From: Macrostomum lignano | Taxonomy: Eukaryota | Direction: 5' to 3' | Assembly (NCBI GenBank): GCA_002269645.1 | Contig: NIVC01000606.1 | Location: forward strand, 124,001-188,000 | Length of the DNA stretch: 64,000 nucleotides | In this document: one piece after another, positions 38,001-52,033 of the stretch | Layout of the letters: each line of letters starts with the position of its first letter | How positions within the stretch are numbered: the first letter of the stretch is position 1 | Made by a program: the position numbers and the translations under genes | The notes under the pieces: model-generated | What the model saw: only the letters and a program-made list of their open reading frames with translations | What the model was told of the DNA's origin: nothing | The model's database searches: none

Positions 38001-38279
38001 CAAATAAAGTGTTTACTGCTGATTTTTAGAGTTCTCAACATATCTAATAAGAGGAAGTTCCACAATTGCTGTTTAAAATTGCCCCTTTTTGAGACACCCG
38101 TTGTATCTGCGCAGCAACTAGACGAAAAATCCACTCGTTCAAAAGACTGTCCTGATAAAAATGCGTAGTCTAGCAAGTATGGTTCGAATCAGGCGGAAAT
38201 AACGGCAGAAAACATAGATACTCGTATAAAAATTTACCGGGACATTATTTGCGTTCTTCGAGATTTTATTTGGTAATAT

Positions 38280-38922
38280 CATGGATCTTAAGTTCCCTAG
38301 ATAAGCCACTCAGCGACCACAAGCTTGCCCATAGAGCCTTCGTCTTTCTTGAAAATTTTTGCGACCACAGTATCAGGTCAGTAGCTTGTGGGCATATCAA
38401 TGGATTTTTAAGGCATATTTAGCTACTTTCAGTATAAAGCTTGCAAATGATGTGTATTTCACTTGAATCAGCGAATGAAAAATTGTTATTCAATCTGTGC
38501 TGCCGTCCGTTGTTCATTCCGTACGCAGAAGGTGCAAAGTGGAGACTGTATATCTTCGTGTTGTGTTTCCTGACATTCTGGAGATCGACTTCGGGGTCGC
38601 TTAACGCGTCAATCCACTTCTGGGCAGCGGAGTCATTGTTAGGAAATTTGTGCAGCGAGATGTTGACTCCATCACAATTTGTGTGCTGAAGCCCCGAACA
38701 CAACAGCTCCTCAAATTCAGGACTCTTTTGCCCATTTGTTTGATAGCAAAGCGCAAAGACGCGAGGACCGGTGAACTTTGTGTCTGCTTGCGAATATTTT
38801 AGCAACCAAGGCAAGAATATATGTCTATGTCCCTTTAGGCTACTGACCTCACAATTTGCGTGGTCGTTCTTTTCCTATTGAATGCTTTGAGAGTGGCCTA
38901 TCTAGGGAATATAAGATCTATG
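38280..38922 (-). mobile_element. P-superfamily deletion derivative carrying a THAP-domain relic
   Basis: Imperfect TIRs CATGGATCTTAAGTTCCCTAGATAAGCCACTC / GAGTGGCCTATCTAGGGAATATAAGATCTATG, with 7-bp GTAATAT on both flanks. From the ATG at 38735: SCCVRGFS, then after a frameshift ISLHKFP..AAQKWI..IYSLHF. Confidence 0.75.
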
Positions 38923-38940
38923 GTAATATTGAGTAATGTC

Positions 38941-39236
38941 CATGGATGAATAATATAACTGGATCGCCAGAAGCTCGATTTTTTTGGTCCTAGCCATAGA
39001 CAAGCACCAGCATCACAAGAAGCTCAGAATGCCGTACTTTCACACATAGACAAATAGCCGCTGCAGAAGCTGCAAACCTTTATTTATAAGTATTCTATTT
39101 TATGTCCAAGCACATGCTCGCAATATATGCAGGGTGAAAGTACGGCATTCTGAGCTTCTTGTGATGCTGGTGCTTGTCTATGGCTAGGACCAAAAAAATC
39201 GAGCTTCTGGCGATCCAGTTATATTATTCATCCATG
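38941..39236. mobile_element. 296-bp MITE with ~103-bp perfect TIRs, P-family-like
   Basis: The arm CATGGATGAATAATATAACTGG...GCCGTACTTTCAC (38941-39043) is mirrored at 39134-39236. There is a perfect 8-bp TSD GTAATGTC (38933-38940, 39237-39244). Confidence 0.9.
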
Positions 39237-40290
39237 GTAATGTCCCGTAACATCGTCATCTTTATGTCTATGTTTTATATGACATTAAGCATGCCTCTTC
39301 TACAAACCATTGAAATCACGAGGGCCTTCGAAGGATTTGTCTGAAAATAGCTCCATCAAAAGGCATGCTTAATCTTCTACGTGTAGCTTCCTTTTGCAAG
39401 TAGCAGGGGGCGTTGACTACAGTGTATATGGAATGGTCCACAGATGACAAACGCGGAAATATTATGTCGAACAGTCGGAATGTTAGAAGCAGATTGTACT
39501 CTTCGAACAGTTGCCAACCACTTCGGGAGGTCGCTAAGTACACTTGTTTGGTGCAGACTCGTCGGCTCCCATTAGTTAACAACCAACTGCACCTGTAGAT
39601 ATCGCAGCTCAGGTGTTTTGAGTACATACAAAAAATGATGAAAATAGAAACCTCAGACTGTCTTAAGATGGCTCAAACGGCTTTAAAAAATCATTGTACG
39701 AGTCTCTGTGTGGCGTTACGGCTTTCTTTTATATATTCTGATCAATTTCTCGGGCAGTAGAGATTGCGTCCGCTGGTCATGGATATTTTGAGCCAGCTGA
39801 TTTGACGAATGAAAAGTGGTAAAAAAATATCCTTCTCAACTGCTAACGAGTTTTAAAAACCTATTTTTGCTTAAATAAGGCAACTTTTACACTTGAGAGC
39901 TTTGCTAATCTAAAAAAACTACGATTGAAAGTTAGCATTTCAGGACAACATAACACAAACAGTTTTACTGCTGGACAGCAGAAAATTCGGAGTTTCTTGC
40001 AAAAAATATCATAATTAGGGAAAATTGCAGTCTGATTTAGCTTTGTTAAAAATCACTCGAATTAAAGTACACGAGAAGGGAGGTTTGCAAATTTTCTAGG
40101 AAAAACTCAACGACAAGACTACATAAGCGAGGCGCAGATAAACTCGAGAATGACTTTATGTTGAAAAATAGATTAAAAATCTGCAAGTTCTGAAAAAAAG
40201 TTTGTCATTTTCGAATGTTTTTCGAGTATTATAGATCGAATATGGACAGCAGGTGTGTGGAAATCAGCAGTTTTCTTTCCGCTTTCTTCT

Positions 40291-42706
<2,416 letters not shown>

Positions 42707-45186
42707 GATTTTAGGCTTTGGCAGTTGCAGTGGCGAATGCTAATTTCTTTGCTTGCTGTGCTGATGAGTATACTGATGTCGAGTCCGCGGAAAATGGTTT
42801 GAGTAGAATAAAACCAGAGGCTTTAAGCGGGAGGGGCGGGAGAGGGGAGGCAGAGGGAGGGAGAGGGAGGGAGAGGTGGTTGGCTCAGGCTCAAGAGTTC
42901 ACCCTGAGCGCTGCAGCAAGGTTTCTCTTTCTCTCCTGCTGGCCTTTGTTATAGCAACGGCAACGCAGGTAGAAATTGCGGGGGGTGAGTTGAGAAGCAA
43001 AAGAAAACTCAGAACGAAAGGGTGAACTAGCAGGGGCGGTAAGAGATCGTACTCTGGGTTTGTTCGAAGAAAGGCAAGGTAAAAGCCTAGAAAGGAAAGG
43101 CAAGGAAACTGCGATGATGGTCTTTACTTTGAGTAGCTGAGGGCGGCTCTCCTGCGTGCGAGAGGTTGGCGACTGGCCTTGGAGCAGAGGGAGAGGCAGA
43201 GATCTATGACGAGCAGACAGAATAGAAGCATGCGGGCTCTGTGCAAGTCTCCTAGCCGAGGAGGGGTGAGACCTTGGTTTCACAGGATTTGCTGTGGCAA
43301 CGGTGTGCTCAGCCAGAGAGCTGCAAGCACTGGGAGATGGGGTTGAGCTGCAGGGCGAGGGAAGGTAGGAATGATCGTACGCTGGGATTCCAGGCGAGGA
43401 CCGGGGGGGTCGAGATTTGAGGACGGTTAAGCCTTCCTCCATTTATGACAGAGTAAGTGGAGCTGTATGGATGATGATGCATAGGAAGAGCCTGAATAAG
43501 TACAGAACTCTATTCTTAAATTTCCAGCAGCTATGCTTTTTTGCAGGATATAAAGAAAAAAGTCTCACAATTTCTGCTACCAGTTGTCCAAATTTGGTAC
43601 ACCTTGTACTTTTGATGATGCAGAATTTGAATTGCCTGTAGTTGCTAATCCAAGTTCAAACCAGCATACCAAATCTACCTAAATACCTAAAGGTAGATTT
43701 GTGAAAACATACTATTTTAGATTCTAAGTTTACAAGATTGGACAATTGCGACAGCCAAAAGCATTCTCACAGTCCTCGTGTTGCTAGCCTATAGAAGGGA
43801 GCTGGCTGCGGAGCTCCAACTAAAAAAGTTGCACTTTTGCTTGAGTATCAGAGTCTATCAGGCTGGCAATACAATGGTTATAGCTGATTAAGAGGTAGAA
43901 TAGAGTGAGGTACGCGTGTATAGAGAGCAACTGCTAGCCAAAGAGTGACTACAAATAACAGACACAAGCTTTCAAAGACTCTTCAAACGAAGACCCGCTT
44001 ATTTAATTTAAGGCTACGTCCAATGTTGTACGAGGGTGGCATCTCCAACTGCCATGCAATAATGAATGCTAGTATAAAGATATTCCCTCGAAATTATACA
44101 TATCTTTCCAGCTAGTGGTGCAACGTTGGGCGAGTCATGATCTCATTCAAGCTGTTTAGCTCAGTGGGTGGGGTATGAAGTTCTGTCCGTTGATTTGAGC
44201 ACAGCAAGTCACACTAGTGTGTACACTGCCCTGCCATCCGCTCAGCCCTTCACATAGCGGACAATGCCTGCTCAATATGTAGCTCTGAGTAGCGGAAAAC
44301 CTCCGCAATAAAAACCTATAGCTAGCTGCAGCCGCCTGCCGGTTGCCATGGTTGCAAAAGCTGTTAAAACCTGGGAGGCTTCTCTACACCCCTGCCCCCT
44401 CCGTGTGAGCTGCGCTACGGAGCAAGCCCTTTCATAGAGAATGCTTCAGAGTCTTGCTTTTCTGCTGCGGCTATAATATTCTCTCTGTACCTGTGTCTCT
44501 CACAAGCTCACGCAGAGAATCGTTGAGTCCTGGCTTAGTTGAGTGATTTGAATGCCTTCAACCAGACCAGACCTTCAGATGTGCGCCGTGTACTGTATAC
44601 TTACACTTCACCACTAATCTAATCAGAACTAATTTATGACTGGAGATTGAAGTCCTTAATTCTGCATAAATATATGATTTTCTATCCATGAAGCCATTCA
44701 TGTTTCAGTGTGGGGGCGGCTCGTGTGCAGGGTCTACGATATTTGCCATTATTATACCTAATCTAGACCATGACAGATTGCCTATTCAAAATGATTTATT
44801 TGCTTGATTTTTTCTTATTGATCGGTTGGAAAACTTCTCAGATCGGCTATACCAGTCAGTCTCGAGCATGAAAAACATAAAATTTCCGTTTTTAATCTGC
44901 AGTGACCTGATCTGCTGGGAGAGGGCAAATTGGCCTGCGTATTCTGCTTGTGCAATTCAATGTGCATGCGATGGTTACCATGCATGACGTTCACTGCCTT
45001 AAGTAATTAGTTGATGTGAAATTCAGGTCTACGTGAGAGCGCACCGATATCAAATCTCGCATAAGCTGTTATTTATGATTTGGAAACATTTTTCGTCTTA
45101 CTTCATAATCTTCTCTTGAAAATCGGTGACACTTACTCTCAGTAGCATACTTGGTACTAGTAGGAAGTGAGTTTTTTATGAGTTAA

Positions 45187-47558
45187 CAGTAGAAAGACCA
45201 TGGGGTGTATTTCAAATACACACATTTTTCCTTTGTTTGTATCTCCAAAAATATTCTACCAATTGCCATGAAAATCCAGAACAAGGGCTAAAATTTTCCA
45301 CTCTATTCGATGAAGCAACTTCGAGAATCACAAAAAAATCGACATCGTCGAGATATTCAACGATTCTCCTCGGGGTGTCTGGTGGCAAAAACCACCAACA
45401 TTGGCAAAAATTTTCTGCTCACAAAATCTCATCATGAAACCACGTCGGCTCAACAAACTATGCACATCAGTCGCAGGGACTTTTGCTCTCAGCATCCCAG
45501 GCCCTAGGGTCCCCTTCATCTCCGTCTGGAGCATCGGCGGCGACCATCGGGACCTTCAACAAAAGCACCTGATCGGCATCTCAGAGACGGCTGCGTTCCC
45601 AAAACTGAAGTGGAAGAATCCTCTTCTGCATGCAGCATTCAGTCAGTAGACATAATCGGTGAATGAAATGGACGATGGCGACCCTCTAGGCTGACCTGTA
45701 GACATACAGGCGACCTTCGGGACCTTCAACAGAGTGCCACCACGCGGCCCCGACGAGCTGACACCGCCAACATCGTGATTTTTCTATCAAGGCACCAAAC
45801 AAGGCATGTCTGCATATGATACAATGGTCCTGCACCATGTTAAAGTGGAGAGCTACATATTTAACTGGCGACTGAAAAATATAACATATTTAATTTATCA
45901 AAAATGATATTACAGTATTTCAAAAGTGATATTACAGCAAATTCAGAGCAGAAGGATCTGAACAGGCAGTAGGACACACACGTGAGCTCCTCAAAAAACC
46001 GGAACTCGCTCGTGTGTGAAGCCATGTTTTGAGTTGAATTCTTGAGATCTGCTGGCAGGCCACGACGAGTGCGAATCACTATTCCAAAAAAACGTGAATC
46101 CCATTTCTCGGTACAAGTGATTGGCCAGCGCAGGACTCGAGAAGAATCTGTCACATGTGATGCTGTACCAGTGTCCTCTGAATGGATCAGCCAAGCGGGA
46201 AACAACTTGCCTACCACTCCACACCTCTGAGCCCTTGGCCAGCCGAGAATCGGATTCCTGTGATGCAAAAGTAGTGGACAGCAGTGTCCTTTGCCAGTGC
46301 AGATTTCCGCATCGAACACATAGCGGAGGTCCATGTCATCCTGAATCTCTGGATTCCCAGCCGATGTCAGCAGGAACAGCTTGGCACCATTGCGACCGTT
46401 GGGGGTCCAATCCCGGAGCCCGCGGCAGTTTTCGAGAACTGCACAGCGGTGTTGAACTTTCTTGGGAAGGCGGGCGCCATCTGACGCCCGGTGCCATGGG
46501 CCCTGGCCCGAGCGCGCCCGAATGGAAGAAGACCGGGCTTCTCCTTCAGAAAGACCATGAAGTCACAGTTCACACCCCAAGAAGACAACCAGAGTTTCTT
46601 CGACGCAGAGGTACGGCCCGGAAAGGACAGGATGGCGCAGCTGACTGACAAAGGTGCCCCACAGGCGTCGGATGCCGTAGAGCTTGTCCGTTGTGGCAGC
46701 CCGCTGACGATGTTCGGCAGTTTCGAATTTAACATGGTGCAAAAGCATTGTATAATACGCAGACATGCCTTGTTTGGTGCCTTGATAGAAAAATCACGAT
46801 GTTGGCGGTGTCAGCTCGTCAGGGCTGCGTGGTGGCACTCCGTTGAAGGTCCCGAAGGTCGTCCAGACAGAGCTGAATGCTGAACATGGTGCAGGACCAT
46901 TGTATCATATGCAGACATGCCTTGTTTGGTGCCTTGATAGAAAAAGCACGATGTTGGCGGTGTCAGCTCATCGGGGCCGCGTGGTGGCACTCTGTTGAAG
47001 GTCCCGAAGGTCGCCTGTATGTCTACAGGTCAGCCTAGAGGGTCTCCATCGTCCATTTCATTCACTGATTGTGTCTACTGACTGAATGCTGCATGCAGAA
47101 GAGGATTCTTCCACTTCAGTTTTGGGAACGCAGCCGTCTCTGAGATGCCGATCGGGTGCTTTTGTTGAAGGTCCCGATGGTCGCCGCCGATACTCCAGAC
47201 GGTGATGAAGGGGACCCTGGTGCCTGGGATGCTGAGAACAAAGGCCTTTACGACAGATGGACCCAAATTATTGAGCCAATATGGATTCACCATAAAGGTT
47301 TATACAGTGTAGTGTTGGTTGTCCTTGCCACCAGTGTCTTCGACAAGAATAGTTGAATATCTCGACGATGCTGACGTCGGATGACTTTGAAAGTTAGTTC
47401 GTCAGAAAGGGCGGAAAATTTTGATCCATATGGTGGACTTTTACGAAAATCGGTAATTCGGTTTGCGACCTATCGTGAAATGGGTTGAGTGTATTTGTAC
47501 GAGTAATACACCCCCGTGGTCTTTCCCCGTGGGGAAAAATAGCGTGGTCTTTCTACTG
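45187..47558 (-). mobile_element. Defective piggyBac element with TTAA TSDs and internal fold-back
   Basis: TTAA|CAGTAGAAAGACCA ... TGGTCTTTCTACTG|TTAA. Frameshifted transposase fragments: KFETAEHR..TDKL..IRRLW..F, YLCVEETLV, FLKEKPG, GRQVVSRLADPF...ITCDRFFSS.ALA..L, GIVIRTRRGLP, ELTCVSY. The C-terminal part is missing. Confidence 0.9.
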
Positions 47559-49028
47559 TTAATCTAATCAGATTATATATTGTATAGATTCCAGAAGTAA
47601 AAACTATGCTAACGAGAACAACAAAATTTAAGGCCGTTACCACTAGTAGCTCCGTGGGTCCAGGATTGCTCAAATCAATTTTAAAATTGGTCTGAACCAA
47701 CCTGCACATTGATTTGAGCAATCTTGGACACGCGGAGGTTACTAGACTATTGACAACCAGGGGTCACGTCACGAGAGCCAGACACTTTTACCTCTGAGCT
47801 GCTCTGCAAATGGGGAACAGTGCCTGCGGCGCTAAAATGACTGCCTGCGGCTTCAAAATGATCGATGACAACACCGATTCGGAAATAATGTGATGTACAC
47901 GTAGGGATTTAATAATGTACATGTAGGTGTAGAATTCTCGGCTTTGCCCCCCCACCAAAAAATCCATGGCCCTGCCATCAATAAATTAATGCTTGGACCG
48001 TGGAGAATGAAAATTGAAAGTGTAGCGTCCACTCCAGGTGGTATTTTAGAGTTCCATGATTTCAGTTAATCGTTACTTCTCTGAAAGTAAATCGACTGCG
48101 AAACGGTGACACCATATGCCATTTGTGTCCCATCAAATAACAATGCAATATATTTCTAGGATTGCAAAGCAAGCAAGGTGTTCTGTAAAAATGTTGCTTT
48201 AAAAAGCATTAGGCGAATGCGATATAATCAATTGTAGATAAATATGCCCTCAAACTCGCGCAAGGAATATACGTACTTCTATTAAAATGAATCAAGTTTG
48301 TATTTAGTATAACGCCTTTACTATTTGATTTACTGCGAGTAAAACAAAACGAGAAAAAATCCATTTAAAGCAGACAAAGCGAACATTCGTAGTTCTGAGT
48401 TTATATGTACAGTTAAACGGTTCTAGTCTGCCTGCACAGCATAATAATAAATATACACGAAACAGAAGCGTTGTCAGTGTGCCAGTAAATAAAGTTATTC
48501 ATATTATACATGTAGCTCTGGGCTAATTCAATCATCTATACATTAAGTCGGTGGGAAAACGCGAACGAGGCAAGCGATTCAAACTACTAAGTGGATGTCA
48601 GGGCAGGTTAACACGAGTTTAAACCTGCTTAAAGAGAACAGATGATCTGCTATCAATATTGTGGATAAAGGTACCAGTACATCATACATGGTTGCAAAGT
48701 CTACATTTAATTACAGTGTGCTGGAACACTGTTAGGAAGGTCACCCAACCAGAACTCCAAGATCGTCATGATAATCCCCAAGTGACCTTTTTTACAACGT
48801 GGATAACAAACAATGACAAATAATTGGGTTTAGGAAAAAGCTGGTGGGACAGAGGAACCTGGCTACACAAAATAGCAGCAGTTTTGCCTTCATTATTACA
48901 CCTTGCTAACAATGCCACGTTAAACAGCAACTCGACAAACTAGATAGAGCATTGGTCCTGCTTCGGTCAATGTGTCAAATACTTCCGATTCGTAGTGGAT
49001 CGCCGCATTCAAGTCTGGGGTAAAACTT

Positions 49029-52000
49029 CTACGCCATTTGCGGCTGCATTTTGTATTGCACTCCGCTATGCGGGATGTCCTCATCCTGCTGCCGCTTGTG
49101 GTAGAAGATCAGCAGCGCGCCCAGGAGCAGCAGGATCTGGGGGAGTGACAGCACAGAGAGCAACATGTACTTTTTAATCAAGGCTCTTTTTCCCTGACGC
49201 ATCTCACCCACACAATCAATTGACGAGAAATCAAAAACCTCACTGAAACACTTCAACTGCAGTGCCTCACTGAAACACCTCACTGCAGTGCCTCACTGAA
49301 GCACCTCAACTGCAGTACCTCACTGAAACACCTCAACTGCAGTACCTCACTGAAGCACCTCACTGCAGTGCCTCACTGAAACACCTCACTGCAGTGCCTC
49401 ACTGAAGCACCTCAACTGCAGTACCTCACTGAAGCACCTCAACTGCAGTACCTCACTGAAGCACCTCAACTGCAGTGCCTCACTGAAGCACCTCAACTGC
49501 AGTACCTCACTGAAGCACCTCAACTGCAGTGCCTCACTGAAACACCTCACTGCAGTACCTCACTGAAGCACCTCAACTGCAGTACCTCACTGAAGCACCT
49601 CAACTGCAGTACCTCACTGAAACACCTCACTGCAGTGCCTCACTGAAGCACCTCACTGTAGTGCCTCACTGAAACACCTCACTGCAGTACCTCACTGAAA
49701 CACCTCAACTGCAGTACCTCACTGAAGCACCTCAACTGCAGTACCTCACTGAAGCACCTCAACTGCAGTACCTCACTGAAGCACCTCAACTGCAGTACCT
49801 CACTGAAGCACCTCAACTGCAGTACCTCACTGAAGCACCTCAACTGCAGTACCTCACTGAAGCACCTCAACTGCAGTACCTCACTGAAGCACCTCAACTG
49901 CAGTACCTCACTGAAGCACCTCAAAGGCATCCAACGCACCCCAAAGACTTCTCACAGATAAACAGGTATTCAAAATGAGCGAAACTCACCTCTACTCCAA
50001 GCCACCCGGCAACGCCAAAGAACAAGCGATCGAAACCGGATTTCAGATAGTTGTCGAATACACTGGCAAACTTTTCGTAGCAGCCGTTTTGGCGGTTGCT
50101 GTACGGGTCGCTTAAGTTGGCGTAGGCGCACTTGAAGTCCTGCCTTTCCAAATAGTAGTTGCAGCAGGAAAACGGATAGCTGGCGTCTGAAATAGAAAAT
50201 TAATCAAGCATTCCGCGTTACCAATGCGAAATCCGTTGCTTATAGTCTCTGAATTTTTAATTTTCTAATACTGAATCCAGTCCGCAACTCACTGTAGTAG
50301 GAAAATTTAGTTTTGTTGTTGCTCCTGTACCCGATCGTTCTGTTCCAGTTGGTTGCCATGCTGTAAAAGTCGTTGCCATTATTTACGCCGCAGCAGCCGC
50401 CGACGACCTGAACAACGTCAAGCTGCATCGAGCCGACGTCCCGATTCTGCGAGCCCTTGTAGTTTTTCACTTGCTCCTCAAGCCAGTTGCGGCCGCAGTC
50501 CTTCACCTGGGGTTGGGGAGCGCGCCATCCCGATAGTATGCACTCTAGTAGGTACGATCGCATATCAGGGGTCGGCAAACTCCCGCCCACGAAGCCTCTC
50601 TATCCGGCCCTCGGGTTCTTTGAAACTCCTCTCAGCTCTTTTCTCTTTTCTCACCTCTACTCTCTTTTTTCTCTTCTCTCCCCTCCTCTCTCCTCTCCCC
50701 TCCTCTCTCCTTTCCCCTCCTCTCTCCTCTCTCCCCTTCTCTCCCCTCCTCTCTCCTCTTCCCTCCTCTCTCCTTCTTTCCCCTCCTCTCTTCTCCCCTT
50801 CTCTCCCCTCCTCTCTCCCCTCCCCTCCTCTCTCCTCTCCCCTCCTCTCCCCTCCTCTCTCCTCTTCCCTCCACTCTCCTCTCTCCCCTCCTCTCTCCCC
50901 TCCCCTCCTCTCTCCACTCCCCTCCTCTCTCCTCTCCCCTCCTCTCCCCTCCTCTCTCCTCTCCCCTCCTCTCTCCTCTCCCCTCCTCTCTCCTCTCCCC
51001 TCCTCTCTCCTCTTCCCTCCACTCTCCTCTCTCCCCTCCTCTCTCCCCTCCCCTCCTCTCTCCACTCCCCTCCTCTCTCCTTTCCCCTCCTCTCTCCTCT
51101 CTCCCCTTCTCTCCCCTCCTCTCTCCTCTTCCCTCCTCTCTCCTTCTTTCCCCTCCTCTCTTCTCCCCTTCTCTCCCCTCCTCTCTCCTCTTCCCTCCAC
51201 TCTCCTCTGCTCTTCTCTCCCCTCCTCTCTCCTACAAAAGTTTATAAAACGTTTGCCGACCCCTGATGCATATGCACGATAAGCTATACGTTCACGTCAA
51301 TGCACATTTTTATCACAGGAAGAAGCACTTACCACATCGCTGTTTGTGAACCAGAAGATCACGAGGCCGGCCTGGCTCAGCAGAACAAGCGCGACCAACA
51401 CAGAGTACTAAAATAGGCAGAAAGCGCTACTAAATTCACAGTGGAAATTCAATGCGTGTTTTCTAATTTCATTTAGTTTTGCACGATACTACTGACAGCT
51501 TCATCAGTAGATGCTAGTGAATTTTGCAATTAAATTATTTGTTAGATTCGGTATGGACTTTTTGAATTCGGTGTAAAATTCTTACAATGATGAGGCAGGA
51601 AGGAACGCCCCAGCAAGCGCCGCAGCATCCCAGACAGCTCATGACGATAATCAGGACGCCAAGAATTATAAACACGATAGCGCTAATCATGGTATTTGAC
51701 GCCATAGCCTGGTGCAGGCTCTCAACGTCAACGGAGGTTTCGATGTTGTCAGTAGTGGTTAACATCGAGCTAACGTGCTGGTCGAAAGCTGAACGCACCA
51801 CCCAGTAGGCCCACAACGTCAAACAGCCCGTGGCCAGGAGTGCCAGGCCCAGAATCTGGAAAGAAGAGTAAGTACATTGCATCCAACTAGCAGGTAAACC
51901 GATTGCATAGTTCAAGGTTTGGAATAATTTTGAATGCTTTCTCATCAGCTCAGCTTACCGCTGTCAGCACGTTGACAAAAGAGATGAAGCAGCAGCAGCA

Positions 52001-52033
52001 CCATCGGCAGCAGGTCAAGCAGCCGGACCCCAT
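49029..52033 (-). CDS. Tetraspanin, copy B (6 exons: 51959-52033, 51586-51855, 51333-51407, 50293-50506, 49990-50186, 49029-49136; 312 aa)
   Basis: MGSGCLTCCRWCCCCF N-terminus, LGCCGAC, and EC2 with GCCG, YPFSCC and GCYE. Exon number and phases match copy A. Confidence 0.92.
49238..49922. repeat. 26/27-bp minisatellite (CCTCACTGAAGCACCTCAACTGCAGTA), ~25 copies
   Basis: Fills most of tetraspanin B intron 5. Confidence 0.95.
50566..51265. mobile_element. hAT (Charlie-type) non-autonomous element containing a CT-rich tract
   Basis: Perfect 15-bp TIR CAGGGGTCGGCAAAC / GTTTGCCGACCCCTG. The 8-bp flanks TCGCATAT and ATGCATAT match at 6/8. The interior 50640-51230 is (CTCTC/CCT)n. It lies in tetraspanin B intron 3. 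Confidence 0.82.

Noticed and set aside
44342-44355. Second X-box-like motif GTTGCCATGGTTGC
   Set aside because: Only one half-site fits, and no gene start lies nearby.
50353-51282. Long S/P/L-rich and E/G/R-rich ORFs
   Set aside because: They derive from the CT tract inside the hAT MITE.
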